A stretch of DNA of 64,000 nt from a virus. Its lineage: Duplodnaviria > Caudoviricetes. Location of the stretch: the IMG/VR virus record IMGVR_UViG_3300033070_001497, positions 1-64,000 of that record; one strand, 5' to 3'. The position numbers were made by a program, and so were the translations under genes. A model generated the notes under the pieces. That model had not been told where the DNA came from, did no database searches, and saw only the letters and a program-made list of their open reading frames with translations. Of the stretch, positions 9,272-17,356 are shown one piece after another (within the stretch, counting starts at the first letter, position 1; the number at the start of each line of letters is the position of its first letter).

Positions 9272-9567
9272 AAAGGTGTGGTTCATGCGTTCACTGGAAG
9301 AACCACCAGCGAGAGACCAACTATTTCGAGGATGTTGGATTCTGCCTGTGTCCGGCCATGAATTTCAACTTCAACGATGGACGATTGGTTGGAGTCGTCG
9401 ATTTGGCAAACCCGATCGATAGGTCGAAGGTCAGCGGCGAGGCCTTCCATGATTTCGAATCACAGGTCCGCCCAACAGAGATCAAGCATGGCCGGTATCT
9501 CCTGACGACCAATGTGAAGTTCGGTTGCATCCTGCACGAGTCCCAGGAGCCAAAGGCAAAAAAGTGA
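9268..9567 (+). CDS. Cys-rich hypothetical protein
   Basis: MKRCGSCVHW...GCILH; ATGA-coupled to the purA-like gene. Confidence 0.65.
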   Translation: MKRCGSCVHWKNHQRETNYFEDVGFCLCPAMNFNFNDGRLVGVVDLANPIDRSKVSGEAFHDFESQVRPTEIKHGRYLLTTNVKFGCILHESQEPKAKK

Positions 9568-9707
9568 CTTCGCCGTTTCACGGATTCGGCCGAAGTGTTA
9601 TGTTTGTCGTCCTAAACTAGTAAATGGCATCGTTCCTTGGGTCACTAAGCAGATAGACATAAAAGGTGGACATGTCTGCTGCTATCTATCCACTAACACA
9701 AACCAGC

Positions 9708-10982
9708 ATGAAAGAGGTAAAGTTGATCTGTGTCACGGAGGAAAATAACAACAAGATCTACAACATGAAAGAGGATCCTGGTGGATCCACGTTCACGGCC
9801 CAATGGGGCCGGGTCGGAGGCACGCTAGCCAGCAAGCAATATCCCATGCGCGAATGGGACAAGATCTACAACGAGAAGACCGGAAAGATCCGGAACGGGT
9901 ACATCTACAAGGACATGACCCATCTCTTCGCAGTCGAGGCGCCCGCTGCCGATGGAAGCCCATCGGCTCCAACCGTCAGGCAGATGATCGCGAGCGGGAG
10001 GCACTCGACTGTGAAGGACATCATGACACGGCTCCTGGCATTCGCCAAGAAGTCGATCCAGATGAACTACACCGTCAGCTCCGAAGCGGTCACACAGGCA
10101 CAGGTAGACGAGGCACAGCGCCAACTCGATGAGATCGCTAAGCTCGGTTACAAGGATCAGACCGTGCAGGAGATCAACCGCAAGCTGGTTGACTTCTTCC
10201 AGGTGGTGCCTCGGAAGATGAAGAAGGTGAGCGATCACCTGATCCCATTGGACGGCGAGGATCACTCCAAGCTATTCGATGACATCATCATGGAGGAGCA
10301 GAACACCCTGGACGTTATGGCCGGCCAGGTGACCATGCAAGACAAGGACAAGAAGGCGGCCAACGAGCCCAAGGCGGTCACACAAGCAGACATCCTCGAC
10401 CAGATGGGCCTCGAGATGGAGCCTGTCACAGACCCGAAGGCGATCGCGGAGATCAAAGCCCAGATGCAATCCAAGGCCAAGATGTTCAAACAAGCCTTCC
10501 GGGTGGTCAATAAGCGCACCAGCAAGGTCTACGAGGAACACATCAACAAGGCCCCGGTCAAGAAGAGCGAGCTCTTCTGGCACGGCTCACGCTCGGAGAA
10601 CTGGACCTCCATCATGGAGAAAGGTCTCCTCATCCGGCCATCTGGCGCGGCTTACACTGGATCGATGTTCGGCGACGGCATCTACTTCGCATCGGAGTTC
10701 GACAAGTCGCTCGGTTACACATCGATCAACTCCTCGAGATGGGCAGGCGGCAACTCAAACGTGGCTTTCCTCGCCCTCTACCGTGTGCACATCGGCAAGC
10801 AGTATGTGACGCAGAACTCTGACGGTTCGCTGTGTCATTCGAAGCTCCAGAAGCTCGGTGGGTATGACTCAACCCATGGCAAGAAAGGCAGCTGGTTGGC
10901 ACGCGACGAGTACATCGTCTACACCCCACAGCAATGCACCATCGAGTACCTCGTTGAGGTGGAAGGCAGCCAATACTCATGA
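9708..10982 (+). CDS. poly(ADP-ribose) polymerase with WGR, regulatory and catalytic domains
   Basis: NNNKIY...AQWGRVG (WGR), FFQVVPRK (regulatory), FWHGSR, GSMFGDGIYFA, KSLGY, DEYIVY (H-Y-E triad). Confidence 0.88.
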   Translation: MKEVKLICVTEENNNKIYNMKEDPGGSTFTAQWGRVGGTLASKQYPMREWDKIYNEKTGKIRNGYIYKDMTHLFAVEAPAADGSPSAPTVRQMIASGRHSTVKDIMTRLLAFAKKSIQMNYTVSSEAVTQAQVDEAQRQLDEIAKLGYKDQTVQEINRKLVDFFQVVPRKMKKVSDHLIPLDGEDHSKLFDDIIMEEQNTLDVMAGQVTMQDKDKKAANEPKAVTQADILDQMGLEMEPVTDPKAIAEIKAQMQSKAKMFKQAFRVVNKRTSKVYEEHINKAPVKKSELFWHGSRSENWTSIMEKGLLIRPSGAAYTGSMFGDGIYFASEFDKSLGYTSINSSRWAGGNSNVAFLALYRVHIGKQYVTQNSDGSLCHSKLQKLGGYDSTHGKKGSWLARDEYIVYTPQQCTIEYLVEVEGSQYS

Positions 10983-11350
10983 TCATGACGCAACAGCTAG
11001 AAGAGATCGTGTTCGAGATCGTAGCCGAGCGAAAGCGAGCGGTCGAAAAGCACGGCGAGCTCCACCTCCCATCCGTCTGTGAGGTTCTGCTGAACAGACA
11101 AGGCGGATCCACTCCCGAGAGGATGTGCGAGGAGTACGAACTCCCGAGCGAGAGCCGAGCGAAGTTCAAGACCGAGCTCGCAAGGGATCGGAACGAGCTC
11201 ACATGGGCACATGTCGCCACCGAGGAGCTCAGCGAGGCAGTCTCGGCCAAAAGCGATAAGGAGAGGAGAGAGGAACTGTTGCAGCTGGCCGGAGTAATCC
11301 TGGTGTGGATCCAGGACATTGACAGAAACCAAACACCCTCAATTTCATGA
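10979..11350 (+). CDS. MazG-like all-alpha NTP pyrophosphohydrolase
   Basis: TWAHVATEELSEAV...RREELLQLAGV..WIQDID. Confidence 0.65.
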   Translation: MIMTQQLEEIVFEIVAERKRAVEKHGELHLPSVCEVLLNRQGGSTPERMCEEYELPSESRAKFKTELARDRNELTWAHVATEELSEAVSAKSDKERREELLQLAGVILVWIQDIDRNQTPSIS

Positions 11351-11916
11351 ACGCGATCACGAAGAAAGACGTGCAACGTGCGGCCGAGCTCTCGCTCTCC
11401 GCCAATGGCAGGACAACGACCCTCGAGGTCAAACTCGCACTCCGAATGCTCGGTTTCCAAGCCTTCCAATCCGAGGTGAGCGGCTTCATGGACGAGCTCT
11501 TCAACGAGGAGGTGTTCGACCGTGAGATGAACACGAGCGGCAAACACTGGGACTATATCCCGACCGTGCCTGACTCGGTGGTCGATGCTGTCATCGACGA
11601 TGGCGATGCCACCGCACAGATCGGTGCTGGCACCCAGCCAGCCATCGGTTCCGGCACACAAGCTCAGGTGGCCACCGCTCCAGCAGCAATCGGCCGGGCC
11701 ATCCACTTCCCAGACGACGTCGCCTCGATGAACAAGCAGGACATGGCCCGGCGCTTCGACGCTGACGACTGGGTGGCCTTCGACGAGGTGAGCGGCCAGC
11801 GGTTGGCCTTCCCGAAGTCTTACACGCGTGACAAGTGCCGTGCGGCCTTCCAACGCCACACCGGCATCCCATACAACAACGTGCGCTGCCAGACGATCGG
11901 CTGGTACACACGCTGA
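11347..11916 (+). CDS. hypothetical protein
   Basis: 189-aa ORF, ATGA-coupled. Confidence 0.7.
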   Translation: MNAITKKDVQRAAELSLSANGRTTTLEVKLALRMLGFQAFQSEVSGFMDELFNEEVFDREMNTSGKHWDYIPTVPDSVVDAVIDDGDATAQIGAGTQPAIGSGTQAQVATAPAAIGRAIHFPDDVASMNKQDMARRFDADDWVAFDEVSGQRLAFPKSYTRDKCRAAFQRHTGIPYNNVRCQTIGWYTR

Positions 11917-11989
11917 ACCAACCCAGTGAATCCGAGGAGGCGATCTGATGGTCGCCTCTTCGAGGGTTGCAGCGTTGCATAGGATCAAC

Positions 11990-12427
11990 ATGTTTGATCC
12001 TGAGAGCCCAATACACAGCGTAGATTGGTCAGCTGGCATCAGAGACCAGTTGGCCGATGGCACCATCTCCTCGATCACCGAATCGAACGTTTCGTTCCAC
12101 ACCGAACTCACGCTGGAGGAGCTTGGACTCCCACAGGAAAAGATGGAGTTCATGTCGATGGTGGACGACGAGGGCAAGGTGCTTTCGGCCTACTCTAGGA
12201 TGCTCCGCATCGATAGGAAAACGAACGTGAATCTAGAGTTCCAGAAACTGGACGAACTCTCGAAAGCGAATCTCAGCGAGGCTATAGCCGACAGCCTATC
12301 GGAGTACACTCATATCTGGAAGATCATCGAGGCTAGAAACCCGTACTTCATCGCTGGCTACGTCGAGAATCGGGTCCGTTACATCGTCTATGGCGTGAAG
12401 TCCGGCTGGCGTAAAAAGGCCGCATAG
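11990..12427 (+). CDS. hypothetical protein
   Basis: Start placed at the ATG after the GCATAGGA motif at 11977. Confidence 0.6.
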   Translation: MFDPESPIHSVDWSAGIRDQLADGTISSITESNVSFHTELTLEELGLPQEKMEFMSMVDDEGKVLSAYSRMLRIDRKTNVNLEFQKLDELSKANLSEAIADSLSEYTHIWKIIEARNPYFIAGYVENRVRYIVYGVKSGWRKKAA

Positions 12428-12433
12428 GAAACC

Positions 12434-14446
12434 ATGGAAAGACCGTACCTGATGGGCCTCAACGAGGCCCAACTCGAGGCTGTGCTCAACACCGAAGGGC
12501 CAAACATGGTCATAGCTGGCCCGGGCTCAGGCAAGACGCGTGTTCTCACGACGCGCATCGCACACCTCGTGGCAGAGGGCGTGGACCCGTTCAGGATCCT
12601 GGCCCTGACATTCACGAACAAGGCTGCCAAGGAGATGAAGTCGAGGATCTCGAAGCTTCTAGAAGGATCGACGAGCTCTGACTCCGTGTGGGCCGGCACG
12701 TTCCACAGCGTCTTCGCTAGGGCCCTGCGCCTGAACGCTGAGCGCATCGGCTACACCCCAGATTTCTCGATCTACGACTCAGACGACACTCGGTCGTTGA
12801 TCAAATCGGTTGTCAAGTCGATGAGGTTGGACGAGAAGCTCTACAAGCCCGCACTCATCCAGAACAGGATAAGCCAGGCCAAGAACGCGATGATAGGGCC
12901 GTTGGAGTACGCCGAGAATGAGCGCAGGACTGGGTTCGACGAAGAGAGCGGCAGGCCAAGGATCGCCGACATCTACGAGGAGTATGCGTTCCGTTGCTTC
13001 AAGTCGAACGCCATGGACTTCGATGACCTGCTCTTCAACATGGCCCTCATGCTCAGGGACCACGACGACATCCGAGAGCAGTACCAACAGAGGTTCAGCC
13101 ATGTCCTAGTCGATGAGTACCAGGACACGAACGCTGCCCAGTTCGACATCGTGCGCCAGCTAGTCGAGAAGCACAGGAACATCACCGTAGTTGGAGACGA
13201 CAGCCAGAGCATCTACTCCTTCCGAGGAGCCAAGGTCGGCAACATGCTCCGCTTCCTGGAGGATTACCCAGACCACAAGCTGCTCAAGCTCGAGCAGAAC
13301 TACCGCAGCATCGGCGCCATCGTAGACGCGGCCAACTCCGTCATCACGAACAACAAGGACCGGATCGATAAGACCATCTGGACCGAGAATTCGGCTGGTG
13401 ATAGGATCTCGATACACCTCGCGAACAGCGAACAGGACGAGGCCGACTACGTAGCGCGCTGCATAGCAGCCATCGCGAAGGGAAAGGGAGCCAAGCCGTC
13501 TGAATTCGCCGTCCTCTACCGCACGAACGCACAGAGCCGCTCGATAGAGACAGCCCTCTCAGCCAAGGCCATCCCTTACCGGGTGTACGGCGGCATCAGC
13601 TTCTACCAGCGCAAGGAGGTGAAGGACCTCATCGCGTACATGCGGCTCGCTTGCAACCCGAACGACGAGGAGGCTCTGAAACGAGTGATCAACTACCCAA
13701 CACGAGGCATCGGCAATTCGACCGTCGATCGGCTGTTGGCCATAAGCGGCACGCGGAAACTCGGGATCTGGGACGCCATGGACCAGCACCTATTCGACGC
13801 TGGCCTGGGAGATTCCACCCTGAAGAAAGTGAGCGACTTCATCGCGAAGATCAAGGGCTTCCAGGCCGTGGCCAAGGGCCCAGCTTCGGATGCAGTCGAC
13901 CACATCGCCGATTCGTCTGGCGTGATGTCCGAGCTCGGATCTGACCTCAGCCCTGAGGGCCAGGAAAGGCACGACAACGCACAGCAGCTCGTATCGGCCG
14001 CCAAGGAGTTCAATGAGCGGAGGCCAAGCGCGCCTCTCGCAGATTTCCTTGCTGAGATCGCTCTTGTGACCGGATCGGATTCCTCGGACGATGGAACGGT
14101 CAGCCTCATGACGGCCCATGCATCCAAGGGACTGGAATTCCCGTACGTCTTCATCATCGGTCTCGAGGAAGGGCTCTTCCCGAACTCGCTTGGGATGTCT
14201 ACCCGAGAGGACCTCGAGGAGGAGCGCCGGCTCTTCTACGTCGCATTGACCAGGGCCGAGCGCTACGTCTCGCTCGTCCACTCGCAGTCCAGGTTCCGTT
14301 GGGGCCAGGTCGATTACCCTGCGCCGAGCAGGTTCCTCCGTGAAGTGGGCGACGGCGTCACCCGGACACAGAGCCCTCCGAGGCCCAAGCCAGCTACCAC
14401 GCCTCCCTGGGCCCGAGCATTGAAGGACAGAGATGATTCTTTCTGA
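12434..14446 (+). CDS. uvrD: UvrD/PcrA superfamily-1 DNA helicase
   Basis: AGPGSGKT, LTFTNKAA, VDEYQDTN, VGDDSQSIYSFRGA, LEQNYRS, TAHASKGLEF, EERRLFYVALTRA. Confidence 0.93.
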   Translation: MERPYLMGLNEAQLEAVLNTEGPNMVIAGPGSGKTRVLTTRIAHLVAEGVDPFRILALTFTNKAAKEMKSRISKLLEGSTSSDSVWAGTFHSVFARALRLNAERIGYTPDFSIYDSDDTRSLIKSVVKSMRLDEKLYKPALIQNRISQAKNAMIGPLEYAENERRTGFDEESGRPRIADIYEEYAFRCFKSNAMDFDDLLFNMALMLRDHDDIREQYQQRFSHVLVDEYQDTNAAQFDIVRQLVEKHRNITVVGDDSQSIYSFRGAKVGNMLRFLEDYPDHKLLKLEQNYRSIGAIVDAANSVITNNKDRIDKTIWTENSAGDRISIHLANSEQDEADYVARCIAAIAKGKGAKPSEFAVLYRTNAQSRSIETALSAKAIPYRVYGGISFYQRKEVKDLIAYMRLACNPNDEEALKRVINYPTRGIGNSTVDRLLAISGTRKLGIWDAMDQHLFDAGLGDSTLKKVSDFIAKIKGFQAVAKGPASDAVDHIADSSGVMSELGSDLSPEGQERHDNAQQLVSAAKEFNERRPSAPLADFLAEIALVTGSDSSDDGTVSLMTAHASKGLEFPYVFIIGLEEGLFPNSLGMSTREDLEEERRLFYVALTRAERYVSLVHSQSRFRWGQVDYPAPSRFLREVGDGVTRTQSPPRPKPATTPPWARALKDRDDSF

Positions 14447-14664
14447 AGCGACCTACAAGAAATGTGAGTGCTGTGGCAGCATCGGTGAGCAGAAGTCCAC
14501 GGTTGCGATCACTGCAAGGAGGAGTTCAGGCTCGGCGAGTCTGACAACCCGCTCAGAATGTCCGTGTTCTACGAGCTCGGGCGCAAAAGTTTTCGCCTAG
14601 CGGTACCAAGTTCGAAAGAATTGTTACATTTGCACCCTCAACGACCAAGATACATAGAAACCAA

Positions 14665-14800
14665 GTGAAGAACCAGACGACATACACCTTGCCAATGGGA
14701 CCGCGCGACCTCGGTTGCCTGGATCCCGAGAAGGCCGTCTGAAGAAGCACTAACACATAGCACTTCGGACGGCTTCCCAAACAAGGAAGCCGTTCGGCTT
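14665..14800 (+). promoter_or_regulatory. leader peptide (GTG 14665 to TGA 14742) with terminator/antiterminator attenuator
   Basis: Hairpin CGGACGGCTTCC/GGAAGCCGTTCG (14766-14796). Its 5' arm can instead pair with GCCGTCTGAAG, which spans the leader stop codon. Confidence 0.6.
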
Positions 14801-14811
14801 TAGTAACGTTC

Positions 14812-14824
14812 GTTCATTGACATA
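14812..14824 (+). promoter_or_regulatory. boxA-like antitermination element
   Basis: GTTCATTGACATA just before the first tRNA; resembles rrn boxA. Confidence 0.55.
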
Positions 14825-14835
14825 CTGTCTCGCAA

Positions 14836-14907
14836 GGCCTGATAGTTTAACTGGTAGAACGCTCGCATCGTAAGCGAGTGGTGTCGATTCAACTTCGACT
14901 CTGGCCT
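14836..14907 (+). tRNA. tRNA-Thr(CGT)
   Basis: Anticodon arm CTCGC-ATCGTAA-GCGAG; one acceptor mismatch. Confidence 0.75.
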
Positions 14908-14943
14908 CACAGTAACTTGGATACATAGGTTCAAACCGGTATC

Positions 14944-15603
14944 ATGTTACGGCAATTGATCTGTTCGAAGTGTAATTCCTTGTTTGAGATTGATGTGAAG
15001 GAATCGGCATGGCGGTTCGGAGATTACCGTAGGACATGTTCATCGAAATGTGCTAGAAGCAGAATGCTTTCGTCAGAATCGAAAGAGAAGAAACGGAAGT
15101 CAATGACCAAGAATCTTGGTCCCTATTGTCGGCTCAGTTCGATGGCAAAAAAGTGCAAGTGGTGTAAAAGACCGCATCGATCAGCAGATCGAAAATACTG
15201 CAGCGATCAGTGCTTGCTGAAAGCACAGAGTAAATCTGCAACAGATATTAACCTTGGTGGAAATCGAAACCGTTATGCTAAAGGCTGGTATGATTCACCG
15301 ATCGCCGGTAAAGTCTACTTGGAAAGCTCTTGGGAACTTGAATTAGCTAAGATTCTTGATGAGCTGGTCATTCAATGGATTCGTCCAGATTCAATGAATT
15401 GGATCGATGACAATGGAGTCACACATAAGTATTTTGCTGACTTCTATCTGATGGAATCTAATCTCTACCTGGATCCTAAAGCACCAGCTTTCCAAGCCAG
15501 AGACTCAAGAAAAATAGAATTGGTATCATCACAGAACAATGTCATAGTTCTTGTTCTAGGAAAGGATCAAATCACCAAGGAGTATATTCGAACGATAGCG
15601 TGA
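14944..15603 (+). mobile_element. free-standing PD-(D/E)xK (TnsA-like) homing endonuclease with Zn-finger N-terminus
   Basis: ESSWE...YFADFYL...YLDPK and CxxC motifs; visibly AT-richer than its flanks; inserted in the tRNA array. Confidence 0.65.
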
Positions 15604-15834
15604 GGGAAAGAGGACCCACCGCTGTTGGCTCGTCCAACAGAGGAAGTTCGCGGCATCCATCTAGGAGGAAGGAGACGCAAGTCGCTCGCACTTCCGCAAC
15701 ATGGGATGCAACCGAAACAGTGGCTAGGCTGGGTGCCTAGAGGCCGGAAAACGCCGCAAGGCGAAACAGCCACGGGTACGGGCTCAGACAAATGGTGGGA
15801 TAAACCAGAACCGCGGCTACGCTCGCCCTCGCGC
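15598..15834 (+). ncRNA. rnpB: minimal RNase P RNA
   Basis: P1 GCGTGAGGG/CCCTCGCGC, P2 CCCACCG/TGGTGGG, P3 CTGTTGG/CCAACAG, GAGGAA-G(T)TCGCGG pairing with AGAA-CCGCGGCT (P4 with bulged U), AGACAAATG, and L15 GGTA. Confidence 0.8.
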
Positions 15835-15847
15835 ATATTACAATACC

Positions 15848-16388
15848 AAGGGGTCACACTGCACGACCAACTACGGATAAACATGGACGTCGAAAGACGC
15901 GAATGGAGTGGGATTCGAAGCCCACAAAACCGACCCCTGACAAGGTGCCCAACTGCAACACAAACCAGCTCTTCCAAAGCAGAGGTCCGGTGTTCGAATC
16001 CCGGTGGGTCCGCTACTAAACAAACGGACTCATAGTGTAATGGCTAGCACGCTTAAAGCGGCACCTGCCCACAAGGTACTCAACCGCATTCAACTTGTCC
16101 CGCCACAACTGGGACAAAACAGATGGGTACCTGACAAGGCGTCACACAGCAATCCAAACGCAACATTGAGATGCAAACCCATGACGCCTGATAAGGTGAC
16201 AATCAGCAAGACACGCAACGAAAACGAGGAGTTCTAGGTCCGAATCCTGGCTGGCCCACTAAAAACGTCAATGGGCCGGTGGAGTAACGGTAACTCGCCC
16301 CGATGCAAAAGTCACCTGACAGGGCATCTAACAGCAGTTCTATCTTGACCGCGGCTTCGGCCGTTGATGAGACCAAAACAGATGCCCG
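15848..16388 (+). repeat. array of six stem-closed RNA units (AGG-stem...CAGCA/CTGCA...AAA-stem-CCTG)
   Basis: Units at 15848-15939, 15942-16067, 16073-16133, 16136-16190, 16193-16318 and 16321-16388, with covarying closing stems. Confidence 0.75.
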
Positions 16389-16393
16389 TATTC

Positions 16394-16466
16394 GCTTCCA
16401 TAGTTCAGTAGGTGAGAACAGGTCCTTGGTAAGGATCAGACAAGAGTTCGATTCTCTTTGGGAGCT
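16394..16466 (+). tRNA. tRNA-Thr(GGT)
   Basis: GGTCC-TTGGTAA-GGATC; canonical arms. Confidence 0.88.
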
Positions 16467-16469
16467 CAA

Positions 16470-16682
16470 ATGAAACTAGTCAACGAATTACCGAATCTGT
16501 TCGAACGAGCACAGTTCTTTGTTCGGGCTCTTCGAGATGACACTCGATTGTCGAACGAGGAGATCGAGATGGAAGCTGTCTCTGAAATCTGTGACGAGCT
16601 GCTAGATTCGATCGATCTGACAGATCGTAAAGAGCTCAAGAGAGCTCTACGGAACATGTACTTCCTAGGCCAACTCAAATGA
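16470..16682 (+). CDS. hypothetical protein
   Basis: 70-aa ORF between the tRNA and the SLOG gene. Confidence 0.6.
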   Translation: MKLVNELPNLFERAQFFVRALRDDTRLSNEEIEMEAVSEICDELLDSIDLTDRKELKRALRNMYFLGQLK

Positions 16683-17035
16683 AGCTCATAGTCGCTGGTG
16701 GTCGGGATTTCAACGATTGGGATCTGCTGAACAGAACACTGACGAAGATCCTCGAGAGGACCCAGATCAAAGAGGTGATCAGTGGAAAGGCCAAGGGAGC
16801 TGACACGCTGGGTGAGAGATTCGCTTCGGAGAATGGGATCCCAGTGAAGGAATTTCCAGCGGACTGGATCAAATACGGCAAACGGGCTGGGTACCTCAGG
16901 AACAAACAGATGGCCAATCACGGAGAAGCGTTGGTGGCCTTCTGGGATGGCAAGAGCCCAGGAACAAAGATGATGATCGACCTCGCCAAGGAGCTTGGTC
17001 TCAAGGTGCTGGTGGTAAAATACATGGCTGGGTAG
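16679..17035 (+). CDS. SLOG-superfamily (DUF2493/YspA-like) protein
   Basis: IVAGGRDF, ISGKAKGADTLG, AGYLRNKQM, AFWDGKSPGT. Confidence 0.8.
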   Translation: MKLIVAGGRDFNDWDLLNRTLTKILERTQIKEVISGKAKGADTLGERFASENGIPVKEFPADWIKYGKRAGYLRNKQMANHGEALVAFWDGKSPGTKMMIDLAKELGLKVLVVKYMAG

Positions 17036-17112
17036 CTCAAGCTTAATGAGAGCGACTTGCGGAAGGTACCCTCTACTGCAAGGAGATGTCCGAGAGTGGC
17101 GGACCCTGGCCC
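17026..17112 (+). ncRNA. tRNA-like RNA with extended anticodon arm and aberrant T-loop
   Basis: Acceptor GGCTGGG/CCTGGCC, D-stem GCTC/GAGC, CTTGCGG/CTGCAAG arm, GTCCG-AGAGTGG-CGGAC. Confidence 0.5.
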
Positions 17113-17119
17113 ACCGAAT

Positions 17120-17191
17120 TCCAGGTTAGTTTAGTCGGTAGAACTCCGCCCTTGTAACGCGGAAGCGACAGTTCGATTCTGTCACTTGGAT
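17120..17191 (+). tRNA. tRNA-Thr(TGT)
   Basis: Loop CTTGTAA; acceptor TCCAGGT/ACTTGGA; C-C mismatch at the base of the anticodon stem. Confidence 0.7.
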
Positions 17192-17201
17192 CAAGAAGAA
17201 T

Positions 17202-17272
17202 GCTTCGGTAGTATAGTGGTAGTACGCTAGATTGCCAGTCTAGGGGTGAGGGTTCGATTCCCTTCCGGAGCT
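17202..17272 (+). tRNA. tRNA-Gly(GCC)
   Basis: CTAGA-TTGCCAG-TCTAG. Confidence 0.88.
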
Positions 17273-17277
17273 CAAAT

Positions 17278-17351
17278 GGTGACGTGTCCGAGTGGTCTAA
17301 GGACTGTGTCTGCAAAACACATGCTCAGCGGTTCGAATCCGCTCGTCACCT
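17278..17351 (+). tRNA. tRNA-Cys(GCA)
   Basis: TGTGT-CTGCAAA-ACACA. Confidence 0.88.
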
Positions 17352-17356
17352 CAACA

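Noticed and set aside
8018-12177. Long antisense ORFs (8018-9169, 10726-12177; likewise 23259-24554)
   Set aside because: Shadow frames of well-supported plus-strand genes, caused by strong third-position C/G bias.
15848-16388. CRISPR array
   Set aside because: No identical direct repeats, unit lengths vary from about 55 to 126 nt, conservation is structural, and no cas genes are present.
15567-16469. ORF-track ORFs across the RNase P/array region and others overlapping tRNAs (e.g. 17284-17583, 18680-19153)
   Set aside because: They overlap structured RNAs and lack protein motifs or typical codon usage.
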